A stretch of 64,000 nucleotides of DNA from contig CACWTU010000008.1 of assembly GCA_902763885.1 (NCBI GenBank), positions 66,427 to 130,426 of the forward strand, in the 5' to 3' direction. The notes under the pieces were generated by a model. It worked only from the letters and a program-made list of their open reading frames with translations, ran no database searches and was not told the origin of the DNA. Each line of letters begins with the position of its first letter. The stretch's first letter is position 1. This document shows, piece by piece, positions 37,383 through 47,217 of the stretch. Position numbers and translations under genes: made by a program. The DNA comes from an uncultured Bacteroidales bacterium (GTDB taxonomy: Bacteria > Bacteroidota > Bacteroidia > Bacteroidales > Bacteroidaceae).

Positions 37383-38894
37383 ATGGCAGACTCCAGAAGC
37401 AGACAGCGTAGCACGCGCACAAATACAGACGGCATAGTCCTTAACCACCTTCAGCCCCAGGCCCTTGAGCTTGAGGAGGCTGTAATCGGTGCATTGATGA
37501 TAGAGCAGGATGCATTCCCCAAGGTGAGTGATATCCTCAAGGCTGAATCTTTCTATGACCACCGTCATCAGGTTATCTATGAGGCAGTGGCTAACCTCTC
37601 ACTTAATCAGCGCCCTATAGATATACTTACCGTAACTGAGCAGCTCAAGAGCAACGGCACGATTGAAGAGGCCGGCGGCCCGCTTTATGTTACCCAGCTG
37701 GCGGGAAAGGTAACCTCATCGGCCCACATAGAGTATCACGCACGTATCATTGCCCAGAAAGCTATGGCCCGTGAGCTGATAACCTTTACCAGTGAGATCC
37801 AGACCCAGGCGTTTGATGATACTACCGATATCTCCGAACTTCTGGGCGAGGCAGAGAACAAGCTGTTCCAGATAGCTCACCGCAACGTGAAGAAGGATTT
37901 TGCATCGATTGATGTGGTGCTGCAGGAATCTGTAAACCGTATCCGTACGGCTGCACAGCGCGCTGAGGGTATGAGCGGACTGGCCAGCGGATTCAATGAC
38001 CTGGATAACATCACATCAGGCTGGCAGAAATCAGACCTTATAATTCTGGCTGCCCGTCCGGCTATGGGAAAGACTGCCTTTGCACTCTCTATGGCCAAGA
38101 ACATTGCGGTGAACAATCAGCAGCCGGTGGCTCTGTTCTCACTTGAAATGAGTAATGTCCAGCTGGTTAACCGTCTGATATCCAGCGTATGTGAGATTCC
38201 AGGTAACAAGCTGCGTGACGGCCGGTTGGCTCCTTATGAGTGGAACATCCTGGACAGTAAGATCAACGCCCTGCAGAACGCTCCCATATATCTGGACGAT
38301 ACGCCTTCACTCTCCATCACAGAGTTCCGTACCAAGGCCATTCGTCTCAAGCAGGAGCATCAGGTGGAGCTCATCATCATTGACTACCTGCAGTTGATGA
38401 ACGCCAGCGGAATCCGTTTCGGTAACCGTCAGGAGGAGATTAGTACCATATCACGTAACCTCAAGGGTATAGCAAAGGAGCTGGATATTCCTATCATTGC
38501 CCTGTCACAGCTTAACCGTGGCGTAGAGGGGCGTGAGGGTTATGAGGGCAAGCGTCCTCAGTTGAGTGATTTGCGTGAATCTGGTGCCATTGAGCAGGAT
38601 GCTGATATAGTTTGCTTCATCCACCGTCCGGAGTACTATAAGATTTATGAGGATAATAACCACAATGACCTGCACGGCATAGCTGAGATTATCATAGCCA
38701 AGCATCGTAACGGTGGAGTGGGTGATGTGCGTCTATCATTCCAGAGTGATTTGGCCCTGTTTGACAACATAGGTACAGGCGGGGCTCCCGGCGCCCGCAA
38801 GGGTAGCGTCAAACGCTCCAAGATGAATGATGAGCCAATTCCGCCAGAAGATCCGCTGGATTCCTATCCCAACTCCGGTGACGTTCCGTTTTGA
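37383..38894 (+). CDS. dnaB: replicative DNA helicase
   Basis: PQALELEEAVIGALM N-terminal motif, Walker A ARPAMGKTAF, IIIDYLQLM, SQLNRGVE. Confidence 0.93.
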   Translation: MADSRSRQRSTRTNTDGIVLNHLQPQALELEEAVIGALMIEQDAFPKVSDILKAESFYDHRHQVIYEAVANLSLNQRPIDILTVTEQLKSNGTIEEAGGPLYVTQLAGKVTSSAHIEYHARIIAQKAMARELITFTSEIQTQAFDDTTDISELLGEAENKLFQIAHRNVKKDFASIDVVLQESVNRIRTAAQRAEGMSGLASGFNDLDNITSGWQKSDLIILAARPAMGKTAFALSMAKNIAVNNQQPVALFSLEMSNVQLVNRLISSVCEIPGNKLRDGRLAPYEWNILDSKINALQNAPIYLDDTPSLSITEFRTKAIRLKQEHQVELIIIDYLQLMNASGIRFGNRQEEISTISRNLKGIAKELDIPIIALSQLNRGVEGREGYEGKRPQLSDLRESGAIEQDADIVCFIHRPEYYKIYEDNNHNDLHGIAEIIIAKHRNGGVGDVRLSFQSDLALFDNIGTGGAPGARKGSVKRSKMNDEPIPPEDPLDSYPNSGDVPF

Positions 38895-38987
38895 ATTGAG
38901 AATTGAGAATTGAAAATTAGCCATCCGGTGCGTATCATATTACGCAGGTGCTTGTAATTCTCGATTCTCAATTCTCAATTCTCAATT
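38894..38987. repeat. inverted heptamer-repeat element (ATTGAGA/ATTGAAA arms)
   Basis: Left arm aattgagaattgagaattgaaaatt (38894-38918) starts on the last base of the dnaB TGA. Right arm aattctcgattctcaattctcaattctcaatt (38956-38987). The loop carries ttacgcaggtgc, matching taacgcaggtac in the 11390-11497 copy. Confidence 0.75.
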
Positions 38988-38995
38988 ATAATTAG

Positions 38996-39003
38996 TACCT
39001 TTG
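38996..39003 (+). promoter_or_regulatory. candidate -7 promoter element TACCTTTG for pheT
   Basis: TAnnTTTG match 27 nt upstream of the ATG. Confidence 0.4.
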
Positions 39004-39029
39004 CGGTTTGAAAACGAAATAGGTGTTTT

Positions 39030-41522
39030 ATGAACGTTTCATATAAGTGGCTCAAGGAGTATGTTGACTTTGATTTGACTCCTGATGAAGTGGCTGCGGC
39101 CCTCACATCAGTAGGTCTTGAGGTTGACGGAGTAGAGGAGGTTCAGTCTGTAAAAGGTGGCCTTAAGGATATCGTGGTAGGTGAGGTTCTTACCTGCGTG
39201 GAGCATCCCAATTCAGACCATCTGCATGTAACCACAGTTAATCAGGGTAGTGGAGATCCCGTACAGATTGTGTGCGGTGCTCCCAATGTGACTGCTGGCC
39301 AGAAGGTCGTGGTTGCTACCATCGGCGCCAAGATCTATGAGGGCGATGAGTGCTTTACCATCAAGCCTTCAAAACTGCGCGGCGTTGAGTCATTCGGCAT
39401 GCTCTGCTCTGAGAAGGAACTGGGTCTGGGTAATGACCACTCCGGTATCATGGTTCTTCCATCCGATGCCGTTCCCGGCACTCCTGCCGCTGAGTATTTC
39501 CATCTTGAGTCAGACTTTGTGATTGAGGTTGATATCACTCCTAACCACAGTGACGCCTGCTCACACTGGGGCGTAGCCCGCGATTTCTATGCTTGGCTGC
39601 TCCAGAACGGTTACAAGACCGCTCTGCATCGTCCTGACTGCGACGGCTTCAAGGTAGATAACCAGGATCTCAAGATTGATATTGACGTTCAGAATACCGA
39701 GGCTTGCCCGCGTTATGCCGGCGTAAGCATCAAGGGCGTTACCGTAAAGGAGAGTCCCGACTGGTTGAAGAACAAGCTTACAGCCATCGGACTTCATCCT
39801 ATCAATAACATTGTAGATATCACCAACTATATACTTTTTGCTTACGGACAGCCGCTGCACAGCTTTGATGCCGATAAGATCAAGGGCGGCAAGGTGGTTG
39901 TAAAGACTATGCCGGAGGGTACCCCGTTCGTAACTCTGGACGGTGTGGAGCGTAAGCTCTCCGAGCGTGACCTGATGATCTGCAACACTCAGGAGCCCAT
40001 GTGTATGGGTGGCGTATTTGGTGGCCTGGAGTCAGGCATATCAGACTCTACTAAGAACGTGTTCCTGGAGAGCGCATATTTCCATCCTACCTGGATCCGC
40101 AAGAGCGCACGTCGTCATCAACTCAGCACTGATGCATCATTCCGCTTTGAGCGCGGCATTGACCCCAACGGCACACTGTATGCACTCAAGCAGGCCGCTA
40201 TGCTGGTTAAGGAACTGGCCGGCGGTACCATCTCAATGGATATCAAGGATGTTTATCCTTCCAAGATAGAGAACTTCAAGATTGACTTTGAGTTTGACTA
40301 TGCTGACCGTCTTGTCGGCAAGCAGCTTGACCGCAAGGTTATGAAGAGCATTGTTGAGAACCTGGGCATTACGGTGGAGTCATTCTCTGAGCAGGGCATG
40401 AAACTCTCGGTTCCTCCTTTCCGCGTTGACGTTCAGCATCCGTGCGACGTAGTGGAGGAGATTCTCCGTATCTACGGTTACAACAACATAGACTTTGACA
40501 AGTCTGTCAAGTCAAGCCTTACCGTTCAGGGTGAGGTGGACCGCTCACATAAGCTGCAGGATCTGGTATCGGAGCAGTTGGTTGGCTGCGGTTTCAACGA
40601 GATCCTGAACAACTCGCTCACCCGCGCCGCCTACTACGACGGTCTGGAGTGCTGCCCGCCTGAGAAACTGGTTCGCGTCATCAATCCGCTCAGTGCCGAT
40701 CTGAATGTGCTGCGTGAGAACCTGGTGTTCGGCGGACTGGAGAGCCTGTCACACAACATACGCCGTCAGAGCTCAGACCTTAGGTTCTTTGAGTTCGGCA
40801 AGTGCTACTATTTTGACGGTGTAAAGCGTGAGGCACTCAAGGAGCCGGGTAAGGACGGCGAGCCTCAGAATCCGCTGCGTGCATACTCTGAGGATTATCA
40901 CCTGGGCCTCTGGATTACCGGCCTGCGTGTATCGGGCTCATGGGCTCATGCTGATGAGAAAAGTTCAGTATATGAGCTTAAGGCATATGTTGAGAACGTG
41001 TTCAAGCGTATCGGTCTGGCACAGAATGCTCTGCAGATTGAGGAGTTTGACAACGCAATATACAGTTGCGGCCTGCGTTACAAGTTGCGCTCAGGCAAGA
41101 CCGTTGCCGAACTGGGCCTTGTTAACCGTGCCCTGCTTAAGGCTACTGATGTGGAGCAGCCTGTATATTATGCCGATATCAACTGGGATGAGCTGCTCAA
41201 GGCTACCCGAAAGGTTAAGACCAGTTTCACTGACCTGCCCAAGTATCCGGCCGTTCGCCGCGACCTGGCTCTTCTGGTTGACAAGAGCGTCAAGTTCAGT
41301 GATATTGAAAAACTGGCTTACCAGACTGAGAACAAGATCCTTAAGGAGGTTACCCTGTTTGATGTCTATGAGGGTAAGAATCTTGAAGCTGGAAAGAAGA
41401 GCTACGCTGTAAGCTTCCTGCTTCAGGATGAGAGTCAGACCCTTAACGACGCCCGCATTGACAAGGTCATGAATAACATGATCAATGCAATGCAGAGCAA
41501 GCTCGATGCAAAGTTGAGATAA
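39030..41522 (+). CDS. pheT: phenylalanine--tRNA ligase beta subunit
   Basis: MNVSYKWLKEYVDFDLTPDEVAAALTSVGLEV N-terminus, tRNA-binding domain, B3/4 and B5 domains, FDVYEGK C-terminal motif. 830 aa. Confidence 0.93.
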   Translation: MNVSYKWLKEYVDFDLTPDEVAAALTSVGLEVDGVEEVQSVKGGLKDIVVGEVLTCVEHPNSDHLHVTTVNQGSGDPVQIVCGAPNVTAGQKVVVATIGAKIYEGDECFTIKPSKLRGVESFGMLCSEKELGLGNDHSGIMVLPSDAVPGTPAAEYFHLESDFVIEVDITPNHSDACSHWGVARDFYAWLLQNGYKTALHRPDCDGFKVDNQDLKIDIDVQNTEACPRYAGVSIKGVTVKESPDWLKNKLTAIGLHPINNIVDITNYILFAYGQPLHSFDADKIKGGKVVVKTMPEGTPFVTLDGVERKLSERDLMICNTQEPMCMGGVFGGLESGISDSTKNVFLESAYFHPTWIRKSARRHQLSTDASFRFERGIDPNGTLYALKQAAMLVKELAGGTISMDIKDVYPSKIENFKIDFEFDYADRLVGKQLDRKVMKSIVENLGITVESFSEQGMKLSVPPFRVDVQHPCDVVEEILRIYGYNNIDFDKSVKSSLTVQGEVDRSHKLQDLVSEQLVGCGFNEILNNSLTRAAYYDGLECCPPEKLVRVINPLSADLNVLRENLVFGGLESLSHNIRRQSSDLRFFEFGKCYYFDGVKREALKEPGKDGEPQNPLRAYSEDYHLGLWITGLRVSGSWAHADEKSSVYELKAYVENVFKRIGLAQNALQIEEFDNAIYSCGLRYKLRSGKTVAELGLVNRALLKATDVEQPVYYADINWDELLKATRKVKTSFTDLPKYPAVRRDLALLVDKSVKFSDIEKLAYQTENKILKEVTLFDVYEGKNLEAGKKSYAVSFLLQDESQTLNDARIDKVMNNMINAMQSKLDAKLR

Positions 41523-41542
41523 TAACTAAAAAATACAATAAA

Positions 41543-42277
41543 ATGGGAAGAGCATTTGAATTCAGAAAGGCCCGCAAGCTGAAACGCTGGGGCAACATGG
41601 CTAAGACATTTACCCGCATAGGCAAACAGATTGCCATTGCTGTCAAGGCTGGCGGTCCGGATCCGGACAACAACTCTACACTGCGTGCCATCATAGCTAC
41701 CGCTAAGCACGAGAACATGCCTAAGGACAATATCGAGCGCGCTATCAAGAACGCGATGGGTAAGGACCAGAAGGATTACAAGGAGATGAACTATGAGGGT
41801 TACGGCCCCCACGGAATCGCCATCTACGTTGAGACCCTGACCGATAACACCACCCGTACCGTTGCCAACGTACGCTCAGTATTCACCAAGTTCGGCGGCA
41901 CACTGGGCACCAGCGGCAGCCTGGACTTTATTTTCAGCCACAAGTGTCAGTTCACCATCGCCCTTAAGGACGGTGTCGATATGGATGACCTGATCCTGGA
42001 GCTCATTGACCTTGGCATAGAGGAGGAGTACGATATCGACGAGGAGGAGAACGAGGTAACCCTGTACGGTGATCCCAAGTCATACGCCGCTATCCAGAAG
42101 TGGTTTGAGGAGAACGGCTATGAGGTTAAGGCAGCCGAGTTCACCCGCATCCCCAACGACCTCAAGGATGTTACCCCTGAGCAGCGCGAGACCATTGACA
42201 AGATTGTAGAGCGTCTGGATGAGGATGATGACGTACAGAACGTCTATACCAACATGAAACCTCTGGACGAGGAATAA
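41543..42277 (+). CDS. YebC/PmpR family DNA-binding transcriptional regulator
   Basis: MGRAFEFRKARKLKRWGNMAKTFTRIGKQIAIAVKAGGPDPDNN is the family-defining N-terminus. Confidence 0.9.
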   Translation: MGRAFEFRKARKLKRWGNMAKTFTRIGKQIAIAVKAGGPDPDNNSTLRAIIATAKHENMPKDNIERAIKNAMGKDQKDYKEMNYEGYGPHGIAIYVETLTDNTTRTVANVRSVFTKFGGTLGTSGSLDFIFSHKCQFTIALKDGVDMDDLILELIDLGIEEEYDIDEEENEVTLYGDPKSYAAIQKWFEENGYEVKAAEFTRIPNDLKDVTPEQRETIDKIVERLDEDDDVQNVYTNMKPLDEE

Positions 42278-42299
42278 TTATCAGAAACCTAATAAAAAA

Positions 42300-42330
42300 G
42301 AGACGGCGTCATTCGGAGCCGTCTCTTTTT
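42300..42330 (+). terminator. rho-independent terminator gagacggc-N10-gccgtctc plus T-run
   Basis: 8-bp GC-rich stem followed by ttttt, 20 nt after the yebC-family stop. Confidence 0.75.
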
Positions 42331-42341
42331 AAATTTCAAAT

Positions 42342-43094
42342 ATGGAAACATTTGATGCCAAACAGGTGAAGAACCAGGTGGTTCAGTGGATCAGAGACTG
42401 GTTTGAGGTTAACGGAAAGGGTTGTAATGCAGTGATTGGTATTTCCGGCGGTAAGGACAGCAGCACTGTCGCTGCTCTGTGTGTAGAGGCTCTTGGACGT
42501 GACCGTGTGATAGGTGTGACCATGCCTAACGGTGTGCAGAAGGATATATCGGACAGTATGAAACTGATAAACCATCTTGGAATCCGTTACTTCAATGTGA
42601 ATATCGCCGATACATACAATGCTCTGATGAATACAATCGGAGAGCAGCTTGCTCCCGATGGCACTGAGATAAGCCGTCAGACCATCATCAATATGCCGCC
42701 GCGCCTGAGAATGACTACGCTTTATGCCATATCACAGTCCATGAACGGCCGCGTGGCTAACACCTGCAACCTGTCCGAGGACTGGGTGGGTTACTCTACA
42801 CGTTATGGTGATGCAGCCGGTGATTTCGCTCCTCTGGGCGGTCTGACAGTGGCTGAGGTCAAGGCTATCGGCCGTGAACTTGGCCTGCCTGCTGACCTGG
42901 TTGACAAAACCCCTTCGGACGGACTGAGCGGTAAGAGCGATGAGGATAACCTGGGCTTTACATATGCTGTCCTGGACCGATATATCCGTACCGGCGTATG
43001 TGATGATCCCAAGATCAAGGATTCAATTGACGATAAGCACGTAAAGAATCTTTTCAAGTTACAACCTATACCTCATTTTGAGTACAACGCCTGA
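42342..43094 (+). CDS. nadE: ammonia-dependent NAD+ synthase
   Basis: PP-loop GISGGKDSS. 250 aa, with an overall NadE-like layout. Confidence 0.8.
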   Translation: METFDAKQVKNQVVQWIRDWFEVNGKGCNAVIGISGGKDSSTVAALCVEALGRDRVIGVTMPNGVQKDISDSMKLINHLGIRYFNVNIADTYNALMNTIGEQLAPDGTEISRQTIINMPPRLRMTTLYAISQSMNGRVANTCNLSEDWVGYSTRYGDAAGDFAPLGGLTVAEVKAIGRELGLPADLVDKTPSDGLSGKSDEDNLGFTYAVLDRYIRTGVCDDPKIKDSIDDKHVKNLFKLQPIPHFEYNA

Positions 43095-43230
43095 TAATGT
43101 GAGGTATATTTTGCAATTATACAGTTTATATGCTCAAAAGTGATCGTTTTAAAAGAAAAACGGTCACTTTTGGGTATAATGTGTTGTGAAAATATGTAAT
43201 TTCGCGGCGATTTTTAAAACACATATAATC

Positions 43231-43428
43231 ATGAACGAAATGGTAGGCGAATACGCTGGTCTGATCTGGCGCGCACTTGAGGGTAAGAATGCCCTTTCAC
43301 AGAAGGAAATTAAAAAGGCAACTAAACTGAAGGACAAAGAGTTTTATCTGGGACTCGGATGGTTACTCCGTGAAGACAAAATCAATGTTACTGAGGGTGA
43401 GGAAGAGAACTATTACGCTCTGAAGTAA
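43231..43428 (+). CDS. small winged-helix protein (DUF2582-like)
   Basis: ORF 43186..43428, trimmed to MNEMVGEYAGLIWRALEG at 43231. The pattern GLIW..L......S..EI.K.T.L...E....LGWL.RE.KI is typical of that family. Confidence 0.55.
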   Translation: MNEMVGEYAGLIWRALEGKNALSQKEIKKATKLKDKEFYLGLGWLLREDKINVTEGEEENYYALK

Positions 43429-43459
43429 TAAGTGGAAACCTTTTTCTAATTGAATAAAA

Positions 43460-43494
43460 GCGCCGGAAGCATGAATAGCTTCCGGCGCTTTTGT
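43460..43494. terminator. hairpin gcgccggaagc-N7-gcttccggcgc with T-run
   Basis: 11-bp perfect GC-rich stem flanked by A-run and T-run, so it can act bidirectionally. Confidence 0.75.
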
Positions 43495-43576
43495 TTATAA
43501 GCCAAGCAGCCCGACCTCACGGTCAGGCTGCTTGAATTATTAACCCTAAACTTATGAAAATCTTATATTGTGTTTA

Positions 43577-43909
43577 TTACTTTGCTATGCGGCTGTTGAT
43601 GTAATCCATCGGTATGCTGTTGATGGCAACCTCGTTCTGTGCTGTAACCAGTACTGCGCTGAACTTCTCGGTGTATTCGTCCTTGAGGTCCTCGATCTTG
43701 GCGGTCTTGGTCTCGTCGTTGATATCGGCGCGGCATACATTCTCAATGTCGGCGAGCATCTTCTGATACATGGGGATGAACTGGAGGGCGTCAGCCTGGT
43801 TGAGCTCGGCAACTACGTCGGCTACGGTAGCCTCATTCTCGTTAACACTCTGAGCGTTTGCTCCAAATCCGATGAACAGTGCTGCAACGGCAGCGATGAT
43901 AGTCTTTAG
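43577..43909 (-). pseudogene. small secreted-protein ORF with intact signal peptide but no canonical start codon
   Basis: The minus frame is open from 43924 and reads IFNPP-LKTIIAAVAALFIGFGANAQS-VNENEATVADVV...MYQKMLADIENV...INSRIAK. The first ATG/GTG/TTG comes 46 codons after the signal-peptide start, and the expected start position holds CTA. Confidence 0.4.
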
Positions 43910-44197
43910 TGGAGGGTTAAATATTTATACTCCGTTAACATAATACTTAATAAAATGCTGATTTTGAAAACATAGTTAACATAAAGAAAATCAGCGATAA
44001 ACATAATTTATCGCTGATTCATCTTTTTAACTTAACTTGCTTATTTGTAAACTATGGAGTTTCTAACCTTGGCGTTGTTTTTCGCGGTGTTCATATTTAA
44101 TAGTCGTATAATAAGGAAAAGTTAAGTTTTGGGGTGACCGAAGGCTCAAAAAAAGCACTATCTTTACGCTCTAGAAATTACATAACCAAAATAAGAT

Positions 44198-45451
44198 ATG
44201 GAAAGAACATGGCGTTGGTTTGGCAAGAAGGATAAGATTACCCTTGCCATGCTTAAGCAGATTGGCGTTGAGGGAATCGTGACAGCTCTGCACGATGTAC
44301 CTCTTGGCCAGGTATGGACTCGCGAGAAGATACGTGACCTGCGTGAGTACATTGAGAGTTACGGAATGCGCTGGAGCGTAGTTGAGAGTCTGCCGGTGGT
44401 TGAGACCATCAAGTACGGCGGACCGGACCGCGACCATCAGATTGAGGTTTACAAGGAGAGCTTGAGGAACTTATCGGCCGAGGGTATCCACTGCATATGC
44501 TACAACTTCATGCCGGTTCTGGACTGGGCCCGCACGGACCTCTTCCATATCAACCCCAACGGCTCAACCAACCTATATTTCAATTACGCTGAGTTCGCAT
44601 ACTTTGACATCTATATTCTTAAGCGCGCAGGCGCACGTGAGGAGTGGGCTAAGTTCCGTTTCCCCGCAGGAGTAGGTGAGGGACGTAGTGTTCTGGCTGA
44701 GGCCGATGAACTGGCCAAGACCATGACTCCTGAGGGCGAGCACAAGCTGGTTGAGACCATAATCATCAAGACCCAGGGATTCGTGAGCGGAAACTTCAGT
44801 GAGAACGACGAGGCTCCCATCCAGAAGTTCCGTGATTTCCTGAACCTGTACAAGGGTATTGACAAGGCACAGCTCCGTGCCAACATGAAATACTTCCTGG
44901 AGGCCATCATGCCTACCTGCGAGGAGTACAACATGAACATGTGCGTACACCCCGACGATCCCCCGATTGAGGTTCTGGGTCTGCCGCGCATTGTCCGCAC
45001 CGAGGAGGATATCCAGTGGTTCCTGGATGCAGTGCCCAACAAGCATAACGGCCTCACGTTCTGCGCCGGTTCATTATCAGCCGGTGCATATAACAATGTG
45101 GTTGAGATGGCTAAGAAGTTTGCGTCACGCACACACTTTGTACATCTGCGTTCATGCCACATATTCCCCAACGGTGACTTTACCGAGGCATCGCACCTGG
45201 GTGGACGTGCAGACCTGATTGAGCTATGCCGCATATTTGAGAAGGAGAATCCAGCTCTGCCCATGCGTGTGGATCACGGTATGACATTTACCGATGAGCC
45301 CGGTGGCATTATGGATGAGTCCAGCCACGGACACAACGCAGGTTACACCCTGCTGGGCCGTATGTTCGCCATGGGCCAGGTGCAGGGCATACTTGCTACC
45401 GTTGACCGTGAGCTTGGAATTGAATACAAACAACCCGGATTCTTTGATTGA
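44198..45451 (+). CDS. uxuA: mannonate dehydratase
   Basis: MERTWRWFGKKDKITLAMLKQIGVEGIV N-terminus and NFMPVLDWARTDL motif are characteristic of UxuA. Confidence 0.9.
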   Translation: MERTWRWFGKKDKITLAMLKQIGVEGIVTALHDVPLGQVWTREKIRDLREYIESYGMRWSVVESLPVVETIKYGGPDRDHQIEVYKESLRNLSAEGIHCICYNFMPVLDWARTDLFHINPNGSTNLYFNYAEFAYFDIYILKRAGAREEWAKFRFPAGVGEGRSVLAEADELAKTMTPEGEHKLVETIIIKTQGFVSGNFSENDEAPIQKFRDFLNLYKGIDKAQLRANMKYFLEAIMPTCEEYNMNMCVHPDDPPIEVLGLPRIVRTEEDIQWFLDAVPNKHNGLTFCAGSLSAGAYNNVVEMAKKFASRTHFVHLRSCHIFPNGDFTEASHLGGRADLIELCRIFEKENPALPMRVDHGMTFTDEPGGIMDESSHGHNAGYTLLGRMFAMGQVQGILATVDRELGIEYKQPGFFD

Positions 45452-45494
45452 CGCAAAGGGGTCGTTTAACTTTGCGTCATTTAACTTTGCGTCA
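45449..45494. repeat. palindromic element tgacgcaaaggggtcgtttaactttgcgtca plus a 15-nt tandem copy (tttaactttgcgtca x2)
   Basis: The stem starts exactly on the uxuA TGA stop. 45465-45479 is duplicated at 45480-45494. Confidence 0.7.
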
Positions 45495-45513
45495 ACGCTA
45501 AACTGAGAAAGAG

Positions 45514-47100
45514 ATGAAACTTACAGAAATAACAAAAGGCGGATTCAAAGCCGCAGAGTGGGAGAGCAAGGGTTATGAGCTCCCAAAGTTTGATATAGCA
45601 GCAGTTCGCCGCAAGACTCACGATGCTCCCACATGGGTGCATTTTGGCGGCGGTAACATATTCCGTGCCTTCCCGGCCGCCATCCTGAACGATGCTCTCA
45701 ATACAGGCAAGTATGACCGAGGCGTGATTGTGGCCGAGACCTTTGATTATGAGGTGATAGACAAGGCCTACGCTCCGTATGATAACCTCTCACTGCTGGT
45801 TAGCCTGCAGTCAACAGGCACTGTAGAGAAGAAGGTTATTGCATCGGTAACTGAGGCCCTCAAGGCCGATTTCCAGTTCCCCGACTGGCAGCGCCTTGTG
45901 GAAATATTCCGCAACCCCTCACTCCAGATGATATCATTCACCATCACCGAGAAGGGTTACACCTATAACGATGCGGATCTGGCGCGCGGTCTCAAGCCCG
46001 TACTGGCCATGGGTAAGGTATGCGCCCTGCTGCTGGAGCGCTTCAATGCCGGCAAGCTGCCTCTTACCGTCCAGAGTATGGACAACTGCTCACACAACGG
46101 CGATAAGGTAAAGGCCGGAGTGATGGCATACGCCGAGCGCTGGGTGGCCGATAAGCTGGTTCCCGCCGAATTTCTGGCATACCTCAAGGATGAGACCAAG
46201 GTTACATTCCCATGGTCAATGATCGATAAGATCACACCCCGTCCGCATGAGAAGGTCAAGGAACTGCTGGCCAAGGACGGCTTTGAGGATAACGATTACA
46301 TCGAGACCGAGAAGCATACATTTACCGCCCCCTTTGTAAACTCCGAGGAGGTGCAGTATCTGGTAATCGAGGACAACTACACCAACGGCCGTCCGCCGCT
46401 GGATCTGGGTGGTGCCCTCTATACTACACGTGAGACCGTAGATAAGGTTGAGACCATGAAGGTAACCACCTGCCTCAATCCCCTGCATACCGCAATGGCC
46501 ATCTACGGCTGCATGCTTGGCTACACCCTTATCAGTGCCGAGATGGCCGATGAGGACCTGCGTCCCTTCATCCAGAAGATGGGTTACATGGAGGCAATGC
46601 CCGTGGTGGTTGATCCGGGAATCCTGAACCCGTATGAGTTCATCGGCGCTGTAATCAAGCGTCGTCTTCCTAATCCGTTTATGCCTGATGCTCCTCAGCG
46701 AATAGCATGTGACACCAGTCAGAAGATTCCCATTCGCTTTGGCGAGACCATCAAGAAATACATTGCACGCGGTCTTGATATGGACAACCTGGTGCTCATA
46801 CCTCTGGCACTTGCCGGCTGGGCACGCTACCTTAAAGGCATCAAGGATGACGGCACCCCGTTTGATCCATCACCCGATCCTCTGCTGGCAGAAATGCAGG
46901 CAATCGTAGCTCCTCTGGAAATCGGCAAGGCTGATCAGGACTACTCATGCCTAAAGAAACTCTACAGCCGCAAGGACATCTTTGCTGTAGATCTCTACGA
47001 GGCCGGTCTGGGTGAGCGTATAGAAGGCATGGTCAAGGAACTCTACGCCGGTCCCGGCGCCGTCCGCAAGACCCTCCACAAGTACGTCCTGGCTCGCTAA
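45514..47100 (+). CDS. mannitol dehydrogenase family oxidoreductase, likely fructuronate (D-mannonate) or tagaturonate reductase
   Basis: 528 aa. N-terminal Rossmann HFGGGNIFRAF, mannitol_dh C-terminal region, and adjacency to uxuA. Confidence 0.75.
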   Translation: MKLTEITKGGFKAAEWESKGYELPKFDIAAVRRKTHDAPTWVHFGGGNIFRAFPAAILNDALNTGKYDRGVIVAETFDYEVIDKAYAPYDNLSLLVSLQSTGTVEKKVIASVTEALKADFQFPDWQRLVEIFRNPSLQMISFTITEKGYTYNDADLARGLKPVLAMGKVCALLLERFNAGKLPLTVQSMDNCSHNGDKVKAGVMAYAERWVADKLVPAEFLAYLKDETKVTFPWSMIDKITPRPHEKVKELLAKDGFEDNDYIETEKHTFTAPFVNSEEVQYLVIEDNYTNGRPPLDLGGALYTTRETVDKVETMKVTTCLNPLHTAMAIYGCMLGYTLISAEMADEDLRPFIQKMGYMEAMPVVVDPGILNPYEFIGAVIKRRLPNPFMPDAPQRIACDTSQKIPIRFGETIKKYIARGLDMDNLVLIPLALAGWARYLKGIKDDGTPFDPSPDPLLAEMQAIVAPLEIGKADQDYSCLKKLYSRKDIFAVDLYEAGLGERIEGMVKELYAGPGAVRKTLHKYVLAR

Positions 47101-47123
47101 AAAGCCTCGCATCAGCAAAATAA

Positions 47124-47150
47124 GCGCATTAGGAATTGTTCCTGGTGCGC
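47124..47150 (+). terminator. hairpin gcgca-ttaggaattgttcctgg-tgcgc plus T-run; degenerate member of the palindrome family
   Basis: 5-bp outer stem plus an inner aggaa/ttcct stem, then tttt. Lies 24 nt after the stop. Confidence 0.55.
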
Positions 47151-47217
47151 TTTTATTATGTCACAGGGAAACGATACTATTTTGTCTTTTTGTTATTTTT
47201 GCAAAAATAGTCTGATT

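Noticed and set aside
43568-43909. 113-aa + strand ORF (MCLLLCYAAVDVIH...).
   Set aside because: The opposite strand encodes a convincing signal peptide and a compositionally normal small protein, whereas the + frame is Leu/Val/Gly-biased. I judge it to be the shadow of the minus-strand ORF, although the missing start codon on that ORF keeps this open.
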